Shown here: piece by piece, positions 62,438-64,000 of the stretch | How positions within the stretch are numbered: the first letter of the stretch is position 1 | Layout: each line of letters begins with the position of its first letter | Notes under the pieces: generated by a model | The model's input: the letters and a program-made list of their open reading frames with translations, nothing else | What the model was told of the DNA's origin: nothing | The model's database searches: none | Program-made: the position numbers and the translations under genes | Assembly: GCA_025463215.1 (NCBI GenBank) | Contig: JAOBWF010000119.1 | Location: forward strand, 1,840 to 65,839 | Direction: 5' to 3' | DNA: 64,000 bases | DNA from: Acidobacteriota bacterium | GTDB taxonomy: Bacteria; Acidobacteriota; Vicinamibacteria; Vicinamibacterales; CAVVIG01

Positions 62438-62531
62438 GGTGAGGTGGCCGAGTGGCCGAAGGCGGCGGTTTGCTAAACCGTTGTACGACCTTAAAGTTGT
62501 ACCCAGGGTTCGAATCCCTGCCTCACCGCCA
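62438..62531 (+). tRNA. tRNA-Ser (anticodon GCU)
   Basis: GGTGAGG acceptor pairs with CCTCACC. Anticodon stem GCGGT/ACCGT with loop TTGCTAA. Long variable arm, GGTTCGAATCC T-loop, and encoded CCA. Confidence 0.9.
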
Positions 62532-62545
62532 TTCCTTCCTGCAAA

Positions 62546-64000
62546 ATGATCCGCGTCCGCTTCGCGCCTTCTCCCACCGGGTATCTGCACGTCGGCGGTG
62601 CGCGCACCGCGTTGTTCAACTGGCTCTATGCCCGCCGCACCGGCGGCGTGTTCGTCCTGCGGATCGAAGACACCGATCTCGAGCGCTCGTCGGACGAGAT
62701 GGTCGGCGGCATTCTCGCCGGCCTGCGCTGGCTCGGGCTCGACTGGGATGAAGGGCCGGAGATCGGCGGCGCGCTCGGACCCTATTTCCAGTCGCAGCGG
62801 CTCGATCGTCATCGCGCGATGGCCGCGCGTCTCGTCGCCGAAGACCACGCCTACTACTGCTACTGCACGACCGACACCCTGAAGACGAAGCGCGAGGCGG
62901 CGGAGCAGGCCGGCGCCGCATGGCGCTACGACCGCACCTGCTGCGCGCTGACGCCCGATGACATCGCCGCCCGCGAGCGCGCCGGCACACCACGCGTCGT
63001 CCGCTTTCGCGTGCCCGAGGGCATCACGCGTTTCGACGATCTCGTGCACGGGCCGATCGAGTTCGACGGCGCCAACATCGAAGATTTCGTCCTCCTGCGA
63101 TCCGACAACCAGCCGACCTACCAGCTCTCCGTGGTGTCGGACGATGTCGAGATGAAGATCACGCATGTGGTCAGGGGGGACGATCACATCTCGAACACGC
63201 CGAAGCAGATCCTGCTGTATCGCGCGGCCGGCGCCGACGTCCCGAAGTTCGCGCACGTGCCCCTGATCCTCGGGCCCGACAAGAAGCGCCTGAGCAAACG
63301 CCACGGCGCGACGTCCGTGACGGAGTACGAGAAGCAGGGCTACCTACCGGAGGCGATGTTCAACTTTCTCGCGCTGCTCGGCTGGTCGCCAGGCAACGAC
63401 GACGAGATCTTTTCTCGCGAGGCGCTGGTCGGCGCCTTCGCGCTCGAAGGCATCAGCGGCGGCAACGCGATCTTCAATCCCGAAAAGCTGGACTGGTTCA
63501 ACCAGCAGCACATCATGCGGCTCGCACCGGACGAGCTCGCGATGCGAGTCAAGCCCTGGCTGCAAACGGCAGGGCTCTGGCACGACGACTATCTCGGCGA
63601 TCGTCGCGCCTGGTTTGTTGAGGTCCTCGAGCTGCTGCGCCCGCGCGCCAAACGGCTGGGCGACTTCGCGTCGCAAGGCGCGCTCTTCTTCGGCGATGCG
63701 ATCGAGTACGATCCCGCCGCCGTCGACAAGCATCTGCGCGGGTTCGGTATGGCTCAGCATTTCGAAGCGCTCGATGCGGCGTTCGCCGCTCTCGACACGT
63801 TCGATCCCGCCTCCACCGAAGCGGCGGTGCGCGGGCTGGCCGAGCGCGCCGGCGTCAAAGCCGGAGTCCTCATACATGCCGTACGTGTGGCGCTGACCGG
63901 AAAAACGGTAAGTCCCGGTCTGTTCGACGTGCTCTCGCTGCTCGGACGCGCGCGCGTGCGCGCACGGCTCGCCGCAGCGCAGCGCCTGCTGCTGACCTCG
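62546..64000 (+). CDS. gltX: Glutamate--tRNA ligase (3' end beyond window)
   Basis: Hand-translated open frame from ATG 62546 to the window end (not in the ORF track because no stop is reached). MIRVRFAPSPTGYLHVGGARTALFNW (HIGH), VLRIEDTDLERS, KLSKRHGATSV (KMSKS). Confidence 0.93.
   Translation, partial: MIRVRFAPSPTGYLHVGGARTALFNWLYARRTGGVFVLRIEDTDLERSSDEMVGGILAGLRWLGLDWDEGPEIGGALGPYFQSQRLDRHRAMAARLVAEDHAYYCYCTTDTLKTKREAAEQAGAAWRYDRTCCALTPDDIAARERAGTPRVVRFRVPEGITRFDDLVHGPIEFDGANIEDFVLLRSDNQPTYQLSVVSDDVEMKITHVVRGDDHISNTPKQILLYRAAGADVPKFAHVPLILGPDKKRLSKRHGATSVTEYEKQGYLPEAMFNFLALLGWSPGNDDEIFSREALVGAFALEGISGGNAIFNPEKLDWFNQQHIMRLAPDELAMRVKPWLQTAGLWHDDYLGDRRAWFVEVLELLRPRAKRLGDFASQGALFFGDAIEYDPAAVDKHLRGFGMAQHFEALDAAFAALDTFDPASTEAAVRGLAERAGVKAGVLIHAVRVALTGKTVSPGLFDVLSLLGRARVRARLAAAQRLLLTS

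Overview
Very GC-rich bacterial chromosomal segment. It is probably from a soil Acidobacteriota-like organism; this is inferred only from gene content (several PEP-CTERM proteins, TPR lipoproteins, DUF885, OprB-type porin) and base composition. All family names come from motifs I recognise in the supplied translations; no database search was run. About 55 protein genes look real.

Conserved backbone genes:
- glmU, rsmI, galU, serS, an S1-domain protein and gltX (3' end cut by the window)
- an NCS2 purine permease and an Nramp transporter
- a cytochrome c plus PQQ alcohol dehydrogenase pair
- an overlapping peptidase, amidohydrolase and permease operon
- an aldo/keto reductase with a MarR regulator

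Accessory or unusual regions:
1. 12.5-19.1 kb is a cluster of exported proteins. It contains a canonical Hcp1-like protein that carries a Sec signal peptide, with no other T6SS gene in the window. It also holds two PEP-CTERM proteins, a PrsT-like TPR lipoprotein and a secreted tail-collar protein.
2. 25.7-39.1 kb is a composite, decayed integrative island of about 13.3 kb. It is bounded on the left by a copy of the 5' half (plus upstream flank) of tRNA-Ser(UGA) and on the right by the intact tRNA. It carries one frameshifted tyrosine integrase, two integrase remnants, a resolvase fragment, a BACON-like lipoprotein, an orphan HNH-type protein, a third PEP-CTERM protein and a 1650-aa multidomain secreted protein.
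3. 46.4-48.9 kb is a two-gene unit. One gene fuses a C39-like cysteine peptidase to POTRA and an Omp85-type beta-barrel. The other encodes a small exported protein whose C-terminus reads GlyGly, then a TM helix, then Lys. This is my top candidate for an uncharacterised protein-processing or sorting system.
4. 60.3-62.4 kb is a patch of gene fragments. It ends in a fourth remnant of the same integrase family, directly upstream of tRNA-Ser(GCU) and gltX.

No rRNA, CRISPR array, reverse transcriptase or intact transposase was seen. Many long ORFs in the track are antisense shadow ORFs typical of high-GC DNA and were rejected.
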